From contig VJWM01000273.1 in NCBI GenBank assembly GCA_010909165.1, forward strand, positions 1 to 64,000: a stretch of 64,000 nt of DNA. Reading direction: 5' to 3'. Below the pieces are notes generated by a model. The model was given only the letters and a program-made list of their open reading frames with translations, searched no databases and was not told the DNA's origin. The first letter of the stretch is position 1; each line of letters begins with the position of its first letter. This document shows, one piece after another, positions 50,691 through 63,499 of this stretch. Position numbers and translations under genes: made by a program. Source of the stretch: Anthoceros angustus. Lineage: Eukaryota > Plantae > Anthocerotophyta.

Positions 50691-52682
50691 TTCGCCTCGC
50701 TTCTCGCTTCTCTTGTCTCTGCCTCTCTGCCCGCTTCTCCTTTCGCGCGCGCCCGACCTTCTCTTCTCGTCTCTCTCCTTTTTATTCGCCCACCTTCGGC
50801 TCCTTCATTCCCCCCCCACACTTCTTTCGTAATTCGCTGGCCTCACACTCGCACTCCCGTTGCCTGCGCCCCTGCCCGCACCCTCTCCACTCCGCTCCCG
50901 CTTCCGCTTGCGCTCCTCCTGCTCCGCCACCACGCCTCCTCCGCTTCCCGCTCTCGCACCTGCTCCTCCTCCCGCTCTCGCACCTGCTCCTCCTCCCGCT
51001 CTCCGCCTTGCCCCTCTCCGGACGGAATCCGGCACCATCTTCGCGACTGGCGACCGCTCTGCTTCTCGGAGATCCTCCACAGTGACTGCGGAGCAAAATC
51101 GTGTCTGGCGACTCCAAAATTCTATGCAGCTAACCTGTCGCTTCTCAGACGTGGAATTCGTGTCCTGGCTTCGGGATCTTCAAGGCGAGACAGCGCATTG
51201 CATTTCCGGACGGAATGCACTGCACTGCAACGCGACGCAGCGCAATGCGATGCCGTTCGGCAAACGGCAAGATGCCATGCAATGCGGGGTCGAGCCGCTC
51301 AACAGCATTCCGGGCCTGGCCCAGGCCTGGGCGGAGGCGGAGCAGCAGCAGCACCTGCCTGGCTCCCTGTATGCCACCTCAGAAGCGTGCCAAATGTTGG
51401 CACGCTCCCTAGCTGGCCTGCAGGGAGCCATGCAGGTTGGCCGCGCAGCCGCAGCCGCAGCCGCAGCCGCCGACGCTGGCGCCTCTACTCTCAATCTGCG
51501 CCTAAACTGCCACCCACCAAACTCTTCCTCAGCCTTTCTTTTTTAGTATGTACACCACCTCGTGTGCTTCACTCTTTGTGGCTTTGGATTTAGGAATCAG
51601 GCCTGAGCTGCGCAATGTTGTCGCAAGTACTGTACACTACACTGCGTCTTGGCAAATGTCCGGCAGCCCTGTCCACATTTTTTTCTTTTCCCAACCTCCC
51701 TCCTTCCCCACTTGCTGCAGGTGCTAATCACACTTCCGAGCCCGGCACTACCAGGTACTCACCTGCGATGTGGCATTTTGGGCGAAATGCCTTCCTCGGC
51801 TGCTAGGACACGCGGCAACCATTTTCAGTGTGAAGTACAACTGCTTTTCGCTATCATCTGGGCCAAAATGTTCACGTCACAACGATGGAGATATGGCCAC
51901 TACAAAGGAGGTGAATTGCTACGATAGTTTCATGCTCTATTATTTTACACTGCCAAGATCCGTTTTGCCTGTAACACAAACGATAAGGGGCAGGTAACGC
52001 AACATGTCACATCAAGATATCACGCCACACCAGCAACTGCCTTCCTCCTTCTCTGGAAGTAACTCCTTTACATCATGTGATGCATCACTCACTTCGTTGA
52101 CTTAGCCTCTTCCCTGTCATTCTTGCAGAATCTCCCCAACCAGCACCCTGCACAACAGAGAAACTGCTTCCAGTCCAAGTTGCGCACACAAGGAAGCGAC
52201 CCGACTGCTGCTCCTACTAGTAGACATGAATACTTCTGCCACACGCACCAGCATTGTTTTCATCACAACATTTACTCACGACATCACACACCCAACTGAC
52301 AACCCTACGACCTTGGCAGAGTGGCAGATATGCCAAAAACGTAGCGAGTGGAAAGCTGAATTATTACACTGTTTCCGCCGGCATACTTCCTGCACCGCGT
52401 CTCCGTTTTGAGAGCTGTGTACAAACTCCACAGGATAGCCTCTCTCTGTTATAGCAATCCAGCACAAGCTTGTACATTACAGTTCTACGGTAGCAAACCA
52501 GATAGTCAAAACTCAGTGCGCTCCAATATCCGGACCTGAGCTTTAGAGATGGGCCTAGTTGAGCATTCCACTGTGAAGCGACCTTGCTTATGTCCTGTCC
52601 TCACACCCTGCAATGAAGACAAAGTCACCCACCCCGAAGCAAACAAAATTGCCCTAAGACCTCGTTTCGTGATGTCTTTCAA

Positions 52683-54935
52683 TCAAACAAGAATTGAAAT
52701 GTTATGAAACAGAGTTGAGACTCTTGCATGATGGAGTACGTTACCCAGCTGCTCCTCGCTGCATGAGCTGATCCCCTTACACAAACTCGGGCGAATCGAG
52801 TGGATCTGCAGTGACAATGCATAGGATTGAACAACTTGATCTCCATGGGCACCATTCCACTGAAGACAAAGGCTGAACAAGGAAAAAGGAAAGAACAGCC
52901 CAGAGACAGGGATCACAAACTCCTGAGAGTCGGTTTTCAGCGTCCAACTCCAACCTGCAAAGGGTCTCTAGCTCTCTCTCAGCCTCGTCCAGCTTCCAAG
53001 TCATGCAGTGAGGACAACTTCAGGGGGGTTGGCTGAGCCGGTCACAAGGGCTGCTTAAATTTCAAAAACGCATTCCCCAATTCTAGCTCGATCACAGCAA
53101 AACAGCCATACCTGCTCACAAAGCCCGATCGCCTGCGCTTCTGCCTTTTGCACTTGTGCAAGGCTCTCTTCAAAAAGCGCCTGCCTACATCTTCTCGCCT
53201 CCTGAGCATGAATCCTCCAAACTGAGGCTAAAGAAGCACAACAATTTCAAAGGAAAATGGCATAACGATCATCAACAACTACGACGTGAGGTGCAGTCCC
53301 GCACATACCACGTCAATGACGTGTGGTTCTAGCAATCTCCATTTCTTATCGAAGTACTTGGAGAGAGTCAAAGCCATTCTGTACAGCTCTGTCTTACTCT
53401 CGTGATAAGTCATGGCATTCTCGAAGACAAGTCGCACATCCTCACAAACCTGACGCACATCCTGGTAACTCTTCATGTCCAACTTGCCGTGAATAGTTCC
53501 CAGATCCATGGGCCTTCTTATGATCTGCAGTCCAGTGGAGAGAGTAAGAAACAGGAGAGGCTGGGACAGTGAACACAGATCTTGGGACTATGCCTGTCTT
53601 CCCTTTGCATCAACAGTTGCAAAAGCTTGCTCCAGGTTTCGTATGTATGAGAAAAGCTCACCTGGTGGTAATTTCGAAGGTCATAGAGAGCTGCGTCCAC
53701 GGGAATAAGGAATGGAGGAGCCTTCCGATGTTTCCTGACCTAAACATGCCGACACCAAGGTGATTCAAGGAATGGTTGGACCTCCACCCGACACTGAAAC
53801 TTTCGATGACATGCGCAAAGTCTTCAAACAATGACCCGCACTTAAGGCAAGCGCAAGGAGCGAACTTGTGCAAGAATGGTCTTCATCTGTCGAAAGAGAT
53901 TTTCCTCCCGTCTACCGAGAGCAAGTCTCATTTTCACGAGATCCACCACGTTCGCCTTCTTCACGCCACCTTGACGGTGTTCGACTATATCATCTCTGCG
54001 CCGCATAAACAGCTGACGACATTGCTGAACATCCTTGACTTCGTTCTGCACCTGGCGCACTTTCCGGTTGGGTTAGGCAGCATGAAATTGCCGGACCGCA
54101 GCATTGACAGGTTATCGGCAATGCTCTCTACCTTCTTCATTCGTTCAGTAAGCTCCACAAGCTGAAGTCTCCTAGCCTGAACAATATGAACTGGGCAAGG
54201 CTCTGACATGGCAGCTGACGCATGGTTCCCATCACTGTCGGAAGCAGCAAACGGAGGTGCAAGTCCGACTCTACCCTGTGCTGCAACTGGTGAAGTACCA
54301 CCCTCGTCGTGTCGATCGAGATGCGAATCTGAAAATTGCCGTTTCCTCACTCTGCTCCTCACGGCGGCATCCGCAGGAGGCGTTCCTTCCGATAAAATGG
54401 CCTGGTTGTCCGCTACGTTTTCCGCTGCAGATTGAGGTGCGTGAGCATCAGGGACAGCAGGGATAGGTGCACTCAAGGATGCCGCCAATGTCACATCGGA
54501 CGAACACCTCGAGTCAGACTCCTGTTTCTGTGGTAGCACCGGACTATCAGAGTGAAGCGGATGAGCAGCCGCAGCCGTAGCCGTGGCAGCTATCCCTCCG
54601 CCCCCAGGCATACTTGCTTTCTCCACCGATGCTGCGCGTTTCGGATCCCCTGGCAGCATTGCCAACTGGCTGATGGAAACTACCGCAGGCCTCCATAGCA
54701 ATCTATCTCTCCGATGGTTTGCTGCAGCTTCCGCAGTCCCGCTGTCGGCGCCAGGAGTCTGCAGCAGGCATGCCAATGATCTGCGTTTCACTGGAGGGTC
54801 ACTGTGCACCTGAGCAGACCTTCGAGCTCCGCCACCTGCCGCCCCTGCCGCAGCCCGGGGTGACGGTGGACTCCTGGAGTCCATCAAGCTATGGCGAAAC
54901 GAAAAGTGGCAGGAATGTCGAATTTTGGTTGACAT
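52683..54935 (-). CDS. Bromodomain protein, GTE1/IMB1-like (BET family); 5' and 3' ends uncertain
   Basis: Phase-0 exons on the minus strand: ..54132, 54051-53866, 53739-53662, 53524-53309, 53201-53112, then LDEAERELETLC (~52992-52957) and an ET-like LCKGISSCSEEQLGNVL (~52787-52737). The splice product reads LFRQMKTILAQ-VRKHRKAPPFLIPVDAALYDLRNYHQ-IIRRPMDLGTIHGKL..YQDVRQVCEDVRLVFENAMTYH..W. Confidence 0.88.
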
Positions 54936-55866
54936 GTCAGGAGGGCTGCCTGTCACCGGTCGTGCCAGTAATCACCCGGTCGCCACGGCGGCTTTAGACC
55001 TGAACGGCGTCGCCTGTTCTTTGATCGTCGGAGAGGATCGTTGGTGCCGGTGTGTCATAGTGCCTCTGCAGCATCGCCTCAGTAGCCTCTGCAGCCTCAG
55101 CGCCATGAACTCCTGTTGATGCAGGTATGTTGCGTCCTCTCCTCACGTGTTGCTCACTGTCATGTCGGCTGGGGCCTTAGGTCTGATGGTTTGTTGATGG
55201 TAGGAGCGCTTGCTAGGAAGTAGCCTCGGATTGCTGTTTGGGCTGGGGGTTTTCGCTTATCAGGAGAAGATGCTATGGCATTCCACGGCTGAGCTAGCGG
55301 GCACACTTTCCGGCGGACGTCTACCCCCACCTCGCCCTGTGGAGGTAGGTGTAAATCTGAAATTCCAAGCGAATGCAGAAAGTCATGGCACATTGTCTGT
55401 AAACCAGTGCCTGGATGGCAGGTTGCGGAGCCCATGTTCGGGCAGCAGGCCCGTGCCAGAATAGGGCATGAATGGAATGTTGCTGTGGACCGGACGCTTG
55501 GGGCTTTGGTAGCTGGACTGGGCTCCAAGGGCTGGTAGAGCATCCCTCGCTCGTCTGCTGCTGCCTCAACATCTCTTACATACAACGTATGTGGGCTCTT
55601 GCACTGTGATTCCATCAACCCATTGTACAAAACAAGAGGAAAGGCAAAATCTATGCAAGTATTACGTCTGTGTGTTTCGTAGCGGAGGGGGGACATCAAA
55701 CTTGTACCCAGGCTGCCTCTCGAAGGCAGCATTGGTTGCAGGCGGAGTCGGAGGCAGGAAACGGGCAGCTACTCCCCAGCGTCATGACAGAGAAGTTGGC
55801 TGCGCTGTGACCTGCCTTCCAACCTGTCGAGAACCCTTCAGCCTCGACCTTCGTCTCCTGGAACCT

Positions 55867-55950
55867 GAGGTGCCTGCCATCTTTCCTGATGTGCCTGCCA
55901 TCTTTCCTGAGGTGACTGCCACCTTCTTGAGGTGCCTGCCGCCTTCCCTG
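55867..55950. repeat. 21-bp tandem repeat x4 (GAGGTGCCTGCCATCTTTCCT)
   Basis: Units start at 55867, 55888, 55909 and 55929. Confidence 0.85.
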
Positions 55951-56234
55951 GTTTTCCCCAAATTACAAGCTCTTTTCAGGGCTCTCCAAATTTTGGACCT
56001 AGTCTACTTTGCCATTTCACGGGTCCCAAAGTCTTCGAGCTTCTTTTAGTGAAATTATCCGAAATCATTTCATTTTTTAATACGAATGGCTAACACGAGT
56101 GGATCAGCGAATGGACGATATCGTCAATAGAGACCCTATAGCAGAGGGCAGCCTACTGGACCATGTACCAATGAGCTTAGGCCTGCTGGGTTCGGAAACC
56201 GGGGTACAGAAGACCATTCTGAGGTTAATAAAAT

Positions 56235-56760
56235 TCAGGGGGCTAAGATATGTGGAATTAAAAAAAATCCATTAGGGGCTAAGAATATATTTGAGACATT
56301 ATAATGGGCTACGAAGTGATCTAAGAAGTGATCATTAGGATGAAGCATATATATTGTAGTCCTAAGGAAGAGACCATTAGGGTTAAGCACATATGCCCTA
56401 GATTGCTAGGGGCTAAGGAAGAGAGCATTAGGGGTTAAGCACATATGCCCTAGATTGCTAGGGGCTAAGGAAGAGACCTATTAGGGGCTAAAAATAAATC
56501 ATTAGAGGTCAAGCATGTATATCGTAGACAACTAGGACTAGGACATGGATAAGGAGGAGACAATTGAGAGCTAAAAAGATATCACTAGGAACCATATATA
56601 GATGTAGGAGACCACTAGAAGATAAAGATATATATCGGAGATCATTAGGAGCTAGATCTATCCTTAGTCCCTAATGGTCTTTGAAATCATATCTCCTAGT
56701 GTCTTTAACGTACATTGCTAAGAATACATATTAGAAACCATGAGGGGCTAACAATACATA
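56235..56760. repeat. Degenerate TAGGGGCTAAG-rich satellite including a ~52-bp duplication
   Basis: CTAAGGAAGAGA occurs at 56362, 56413 and 56465; GGGGCTAA recurs from ~56238 to ~56745. Confidence 0.75.
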
Positions 56761-57399
56761 TTAGAGTCCAACAAAAAATATACTAGTATATTTTCCGTTG
56801 GACTCTAATATGTATTCAAAGTTACAAATGACAATAGGCATTCACCAAAATCAGGCACCCATATGTTCCCATTCCAATACTAGTGCTGCGGCATCTCGAG
56901 CTTGGCAGCGGACATCAGATTTCAAGAAACATTATAGAAATTTCCAGATCAGATTTCTAGTAAAATCAAGCACCCCAAATCCTATTTCCACCACACCGAT
57001 TTCCACAAACATGGTATTTCTTGAAGGGCGTGAATATCCGAACCCCTTCTTTTGGTTTTGAACCCCTTCTCGAATTCGACACAATCTGAAATAAGCATTT
57101 TGGCTATTTTGCACAATACAACCCTTTCTCCGCAGATGTCAAACCTTAAGGCCTTGTTCTAATGTCTAGCCGGCTCCCTATACATTCTAAACAAAGAGGT
57201 ACAATCAAATCCATTGTCACTTTGAAACTAGTTCACAATTGAAAACCCAACAATTAAAAGGTATGGACAAATGCTGACAAGCTCGCGTCCCATCCACGTA
57301 TAAGGACAAGTCAAACTGAGAACAAGCACATGGAGGTGGCTACAGCTAGAAAAACGTATTCATCGTACTAACCGACTCATCCGATGCTGGCGGAATCAA

Positions 57400-58490
57400 T
57401 CCATAACAACGGACAAATTTTGAATCTGCTCCAGCTCTTGTTGATCGAAGTTGTCGTTCTTACCCAAGGCCCTTGAGTCTTCGTTTACGTCGTCCTAAGG
57501 AGTCGGCGAAGGGTCCCATACATTATCTAGGGTTTGTTGGCCCTCTACCAACAATGCTTCAGTTTGGTCTTCATCCAATGGGCACTCAAAGAAACCACTT
57601 GCGCTTTCAGAGAGTCCTTTTCGCTAATGCATACCTCCTTCGCCCAGAACTGTGCAAGTCCTCTACGGTGGGCCTCGAAGGTCAATTCTTCGTCTGCATC
57701 TAGAAGAACCTCATACTCATGGATCCTTTATGGAATGTACTTGCACACCTCAAGTCAGCCTCAATAGCAATACAATTTCGTCCGTACAGTAAGGCTGCTA
57801 ATAAAGTTGTCCCACTACCAGCGCATGTATCCAAAACCCAATCTGCCTCTTTGGAGAAGGTTTTGATAAGTTTCATCATCAGTCGGCCTCTGGTATGGGC
57901 ATACCACCAACTTGTCATGTGACATGTACATATGTTTTTTGAAAACGGTGTCATGAATGATGACTGACCTCCCATTGTTAAAAGTCCCATGCATGGTGTT
58001 TGGTATCATTGCAGCTATGTCCTTTGTACATGCATCTTTGACGCCCCAACCCACTGTCACATACTCCACAATTTCAAATTTGCCCCTGTCATTGTTCATG
58101 TTCGTCTTGTCCTATACAAATGAAACTAAGCCCCCTTTCCTGCTCCATTTTTGCACGGGCTCTCTAACTGCATGTGCCTCCTCCACATCACTCATCACAA
58201 TCATCCTAAGTTCATTGCATAGTAGTTTTCCTCAAAGCTCTGCAAAACAATATCCATAATTTGCTTGTCCACCCTTTTAAAAGTCCATAGGCCCGATGTC
58301 AAACCCCCTTGGAACGTCCATTACCAGGAGTGTGTACTTCCGTCCTTTGAGAAACCTTGCATGTCTAAAACATCTCTACTTTTCACTTGATATTGTGCCT
58401 GTTTTTCTGTGGATGCAACAATGAAAACCTCCAGTCCTTCCTCTTGGTCCTTGTCCGTCAAAGCATTCTCAGTTGCCTTCCTTTCCAATT
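57400..58490 (-). pseudogene. Decayed beta-class amino (N4-cytosine/N6-adenine) DNA methyltransferase
   Basis: On the minus strand and across frameshifts: YTLLVMDVPRGF (DPPY-like motif IV, ~58301-58336), VVCPYQRP (HPTQKP-like, 57884-57907), then LIKTFSKEADWVLDTCAGSGTTLLAALLYGRNCIAIEAD (FxGxG motif I, 57811-57831). Catalytic motif before SAM-binding motif is the beta permutation. Several stops and frameshifts are present. Confidence 0.8.
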
Positions 58491-59192
58491 ATTTAAAAAA
58501 TGAAATGTTTGAAGACGTCTGAAGTTTAGAAAGGGGTCCAAGCATGGTTTGGTGCTCACATTAGTTAGAAACAGATGAAACATTGTTATTTTTTCCTCAT
58601 TGGGCATTAATAATTTTATCTAATTTATTTCTTCTATCTGATTTTTCATAGGGTATACAAATATATTACTTCTATATGAGGTTAAAATTTAAAATTAAAA
58701 TATTCATGAAAATATTCAAAATGAAAGTCTAAATTTAGAGACTATTTGGGACGGGCATTGTCTCACTCAGCAGGCACTTGTCACAATATGTTTCAGTGGG
58801 ACCATGGAAAAGAAACTGTAAGCAATGGCCCTTCACCTCAATCATTTTATAATATGTTTCAGATGAGCAAACGGATCGCCGCGTGTAAGTCAACGAATTG
58901 AGTACGTGATACTTCACAAGACTAAGAGGAAGATTCCGGCTTGGAGACACTGCTTGTATTTGCTCTTAGAGAAGAGGTCACCATCACACCACCGCGCTGT
59001 GAGGAAGCAAATCTCAGCACACATAAAGCGAAGAGTAGGTTTATCTTGCGGTTTGGCTTGGCAGGGAGTATGTAGCATGAAAACTGGAATCTTATGTGTG
59101 GAGCGCAGGTTAGACTGCTTGGATCTGCGACATGTTTGATAAACTTTTCCTTTGAGAAGGGCTTTGGACTGAGCTTAAAGTGTTGGGTCGAT

Positions 59193-59300
59193 GTGGCAGG
59201 GAACTGTTGGGTACGGGTGGCATGGGAGTGGTGGATTGAAGTGGCAGGGATGTGTTGAGTATGGGTGGCAGGGAAGTGGTGGGTAGAGGTGGCAGGGTAT
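59193..59300 (+). repeat. GTGGCAGGGA core repeated with exact 24-bp period x5
   Basis: Cores at 59193, 59217, 59241, 59265 and 59289, with variable intervening sequence. Confidence 0.8.
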
Positions 59301-60299
59301 GCAAGCGGGTTTAGGTGGTCCTTAGCTCATTCTATTTCTAACTCTTGGTTCTTTTTTTGTGATAGGTATACATGGAAGCTCATCAGGCACGACTACCGAC
59401 GGCCACCGCGCGCATAATCCCAAGGTCGCTGTAGCAAGGGGTCCGCTCCCAAGAGAATGATAGGTCTGGCTGGGCACGCTGACCGATTCTCACCCCACGT
59501 CATGACCATTCTGCCTCGAGCGCTGCGGTGCACGGCTCTACAACTAACCACTCTTAACGTTTCAATCGAACAGCCCGTGGCCAAACGTTTAAGGACTCGT
59601 CAAGGTCTGCATCTGATCCGTCCATCCCTAGTCCGCTCTTCTCACTCCTCTCAATACACTCATCTTTCTTGGAAAAGAGTGGTGGGTCAAGGGTTCGGAC
59701 CTCCTCTGCTGCTCACGGGGCCTCCGTCCGGCTCTCACACCTCCAGAGTTCCCTCACCACGCCCGGTCCCGCCGCCGCCGCCGCCTGACGAGCAAGGGTC
59801 CCGATCGTCCCACTCCCGCACACACCATCACACGTTAGGGGTCCGTCACCAGTGACCTTGACTGCCTCTCTGAGTGTCGCACCGCCTGACTCAGACTCAC
59901 GTAGCAAAAGATGCACAAGGGTCTACAAGGAAACGCAGATTCACCCCAAGAGAAAGATCCTTTACTAGAGCAACTCGGCCCTCTTATATCGCGCCAAGGT
60001 CGGGCCTCTTTATTACACTTATTCTCGAGCTGGTGGCCAAGGCCCTAGCCGCCGCCTACTATTTCACTATTCCGCCTATCTACGCCCGCCGAGGTGCAGA
60101 GTGCTTACCTGTGTGTGGCATCCCTTACGCCCGCCTCTTCACCGATCTCCTCCCTCACTGTCTGCTCCAACATGGCCCCAAGGTCCTGCACAGACTCGCT
60201 CGGGCCTCCTCCTCGCCCTCCTTCTCGACCCGGCCCCGGGTCCGGCCCATCCGCCGAGGGTGACGCAGACCTCTAGAGCCTTGAGGAGCTCGCATGGTA

Positions 60300-62950
60300 A
60301 TAGGCAAAGTCCGAATCACAATTGCTTCTCCACATGAGCCCGGAGCAATCTTGACCCTCCTCCTGAGGTGCTCCAAAGAGGCTGGTCGCCTGCCCGCCGA
60401 GCCGCCTCCGCCGCCACTGTACTCGCCAACCGGGTCAGCACTTCCTTGAGGATGCCAAGGCCGCCGACACCTCCTCGCACTTTTGTCTGCCGCCGACGTG
60501 CTCCTCCTCCGCCTGTAGCTCGACTAGCTTGCCGCCATGGAGCCACGCTCTCCTCCGCCTGCAATCGGGAGCGCCTTCGCTCCTCTCCGGCCTCCTCCTC
60601 CGTCCATCTTTTGCTCTCGAAGGTCCGCCAACTCCTCTCCAGCGGCCCAAGATCTCCGCCCGGCTCCTCGACTTCCCTCAGCCTTCTCCAACTCCGGGCG
60701 ATGTCCAACTCGGATCGCCGCCAACTCACCGCTCCTCAAACATGCCTCAAGCCGGCTTCTACCTCCTGCTCATGGGTCCGGCGATCACTTCATGGAGGGC
60801 TCCATGTCATCAGGTCTTGAGCCGCAAGGTTTCCTTGTGGTCCTCCATTTCGCCGACGCCTCCGCCTCCTCAGTGGGTCCGAGATCCTCCATCTCCTGCT
60901 TCGGCCTCCTTCTCTCCGCCTGCTCGTGCCTACTCTGCGGCTTGTTTCGCATTGGCCGCACTGCCTGCTTTCTCCACCTGCCCCTGCCTCACGCTGTAAT
61001 GGTCCTGGCTTATTAGCCACGGCGCCTCCGCCTTTCACTCAGCCTCCGCTTGAGGTTGTTCCCCGCTGAGCCGCCTTGGCCAGTCCCGGCCCGCCTCCGC
61101 TGTCTTCGGCCTCCTCCGACCCTCTCTACTTCCTCCGTCTCAGAGGTCTTCACCTGCTTGGCCTCCTCTGACTGCCCACTGCTCAGACACTGAGGATCGG
61201 CCCACCAGCTTGACCTGACTGCCCTCTCCGCCCGCCTCCTCCTCGATCCTTGCGAGGGACTCCGCCTTCTCGGGCCGCCACGCCTCTACCACCGGAGCTC
61301 CACCATCCATCGCCGGGTGGCTCCACTTGGGTCTTCTCATTGCCGCAGAGACCCAAGCATACCGTCCATGATTTGTGAGCCAAAACCCGCCATGTTTCCT
61401 CCACGGCCACACTGGGAGACACCCAAAGTCCGCTGTGGGTGCAGCATCTCCCGGGTCCGTTTATGGACTGAGCATCATAGCTCCCGGAGGAGTCCTGACC
61501 GGGCTCTCATCAATGAGGACCCTGTGTCCCGAGTGTTTCGGGTCCGGCCTTCTACTTTTGGCCCTCTTGGTAGCTCCTTCTCCGCCTTCTTCGCTAGCCT
61601 TGAGGTGGTGAAGGTCCTGAACTAGCCCTCTTGCCTCTTCCGGTTGGAGACAGACGGCCTGTGAGTGGGTTGCCGCTGCCTCCAACTCCCTGGCAAGGCC
61701 CTTTCCGCCTCGCCGCCTCCTCCGCCTCGCCACTCATGGTAGGGGCACGGCCCGGGCGCCTGTACAGGCGCTGCCTCCGCCGCTTCGCCGAGCCCGGGCG
61801 GGTTCGGCACTGGAGTCGTGTTAGGGTTGGCTGGCCGCTGCGACCGCTAGCTCCCGCCCCATGGCCGCCTCCTCCGCAGGTGCTCCGGGGAACCAAGAGG
61901 AGGGAATGTCTTCCACGCCTCCCGGGTGGCGAGGGGGTCCACAGTGATGTATAGAGTCCGAATCCTCCTGGGCTGCCCTCCTCCCACTCCGCTGGTCCGG
62001 TTGGCCACGGCCTGCTCTTCCTTCCCGCTCGCCTCCGTAGGGCGGCCCTTCCGTAGCGCCTCTCCTCTTCCTCCTTCAGGAGGTGTTCATGTGCCCCACA
62101 CATGGATGATGAACCATAACGCCGACGGGGTGGCTTCTCACTCTCGCCTTCCCGAGCCTCCGTGCTGATTCTTGCGAAGATGATCCCCGCCTCACCGCTG
62201 CTTCCTCTCGTAGAAGTCGTGGAGGAACAAGAGATTATCCCCAAGGTGGTCCACCTTGGTGAGCATATTGGACGGTGATCTTCGCCACGATCGCATCTCC
62301 TCGCCGAGGAGGTCCGGCATTAGCCACCCATTGGAGGATCGCCCCTAGTCGCAAGAGGGCCGCCCGCCGCCACCTTCCTTCACCTTCAGGCCCCGAACCA
62401 CTCCCCATTCACTGGGCGGTTCTAAACTGCCTCAGACCTCCACGGCCCACCTCTTGGGTCCTCCTGTGTTCTTAGAGCGACTCCTTGTTGGCCGCTGCCA
62501 AAGATCTTCCCGCATACCCCTGACTAGCGACGTACTGTCAAGGTCCTGAAAATATCCAGTGTAGTCCTCCACCAGCCTCCTCCGCCTCCTCCAGCCCATG
62601 CATCAAGTCGAGGTAGTGCTTGGTGATGATGTTGCTCCACCAAGCGCCATGGCTCCTACACCGCTTTCTTGGGTCCCATCTCCGCCTCTTGTTCTGCCAT
62701 TATTGCTTAAGGCTCAACAATTTGTTCCTCCGCACAAGGCCGCTGTTCCAACCACAAGGTCGAGCAGCGTGAGGGTGCCTCGAGCGCCAAAAGACAACGC
62801 CAGAGCCGGTGTCCAGCGTGAGAGATCGCGAGAACCGCCACGGTTGTTTTGGAAGAATGACCTCCTCCTCGACCCACTCCGTCGACAAGAATATGCCAAG
62901 GGCGCGGCTCTCGCCAGTAATCGCCGAGGCTCGCATGGCTTACTTCCACC
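60300..62950 (-). pseudogene. Decayed Glu/Arg-rich ORF region, probably retroelement-associated
   Basis: Long interrupted minus-strand frames (e.g. 61594-62244; RLVEDYTGYFQDLDS..PPSEWGVVRGLKV at ~62370-62590) with no cellular-gene motif recognised. Adjacent to sequence homologous to the gypsy extra ORF. Confidence 0.35.
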
Positions 62951-63220
62951 TTACGCCTTCGCCATTACTGCCTCACAAATTTTAGCTCATACGCCACTAC
63001 AGATTTCTGAGCGTGAATACCGCTTACACCGTGCAAACTTTGCCGCCCTCAATCGCATGCCCGCCACCTCCGCACTGGCCCACGGGCTCGCCTAAAATAC
63101 ACCCGACTCCTAAGTTACTTTTACCTCGATGCACTGTCTCGGCCCGAGTGTAGTCCCGACCACTCCAGCACTTGTGGTGCGGTCCGCCTCCGTGAGAGTG
63201 TAGTCCAGGCTCTCCGGAGT

Positions 63221-63410
63221 GCTCCGAGTCCTTCGCTTACTCCGGAGTCCTTCGGCCTACTCCGGAGTCCTCCGACCTAATCCGGAGTCCTCCGACCCAC
63301 TCCGGAGTCCTCCGACCCACTCCAAAGTCCTCCGACCCACTCCGGAGTCCTCCGACCCACTCCGAAGTCCTTTGACCTACTCCGGAGTGCAGTCCGGAGC
63401 ACTCCGGACT
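63221..63410. repeat. 20-bp tandem array (TCCGGAGTCCTCCGACCCAC) x~8 ending in a hairpin
   Basis: 20-bp period from 63241; AGTCCGGAG-CA-CTCCGGACT is a perfect inverted repeat at 63391-63410. Confidence 0.9.
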
Positions 63411-63499
63411 TATTCCTTCCTTTCCGCCTTATTTTCCACTCCGCGCCTATGAAAAAAACAAAACCTAACTCATTTCCTACCCTAGGGGAGAGTCCGCAC

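Noticed and set aside
56235-56760. Interstitial telomeric repeat
   Set aside because: TTAGGG words are isolated within a longer TAGGGGCTAAG unit and are not tandem.
29377-58490. DIS3L2, bromodomain gene and methyltransferase as one functional silencing cluster
   Set aside because: They are separated by 18 kb and 2.5 kb of TE and intergenic DNA, the MTase is a pseudogene, and nothing in the sequence shows co-regulation. Synteny evidence would be needed.
57400-58490. Bacterial contamination as the source of the methyltransferase
   Set aside because: It is decayed and embedded between an intron-containing plant gene and plant retroelement sequence, with no bacterial neighbours.
59193-59300. 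Constant core with variable spacers at 24-bp period as a mini-CRISPR
   Set aside because: The core is only ~10 bp and the spacers ~14 bp and mutually similar; this is a degenerate tandem repeat.
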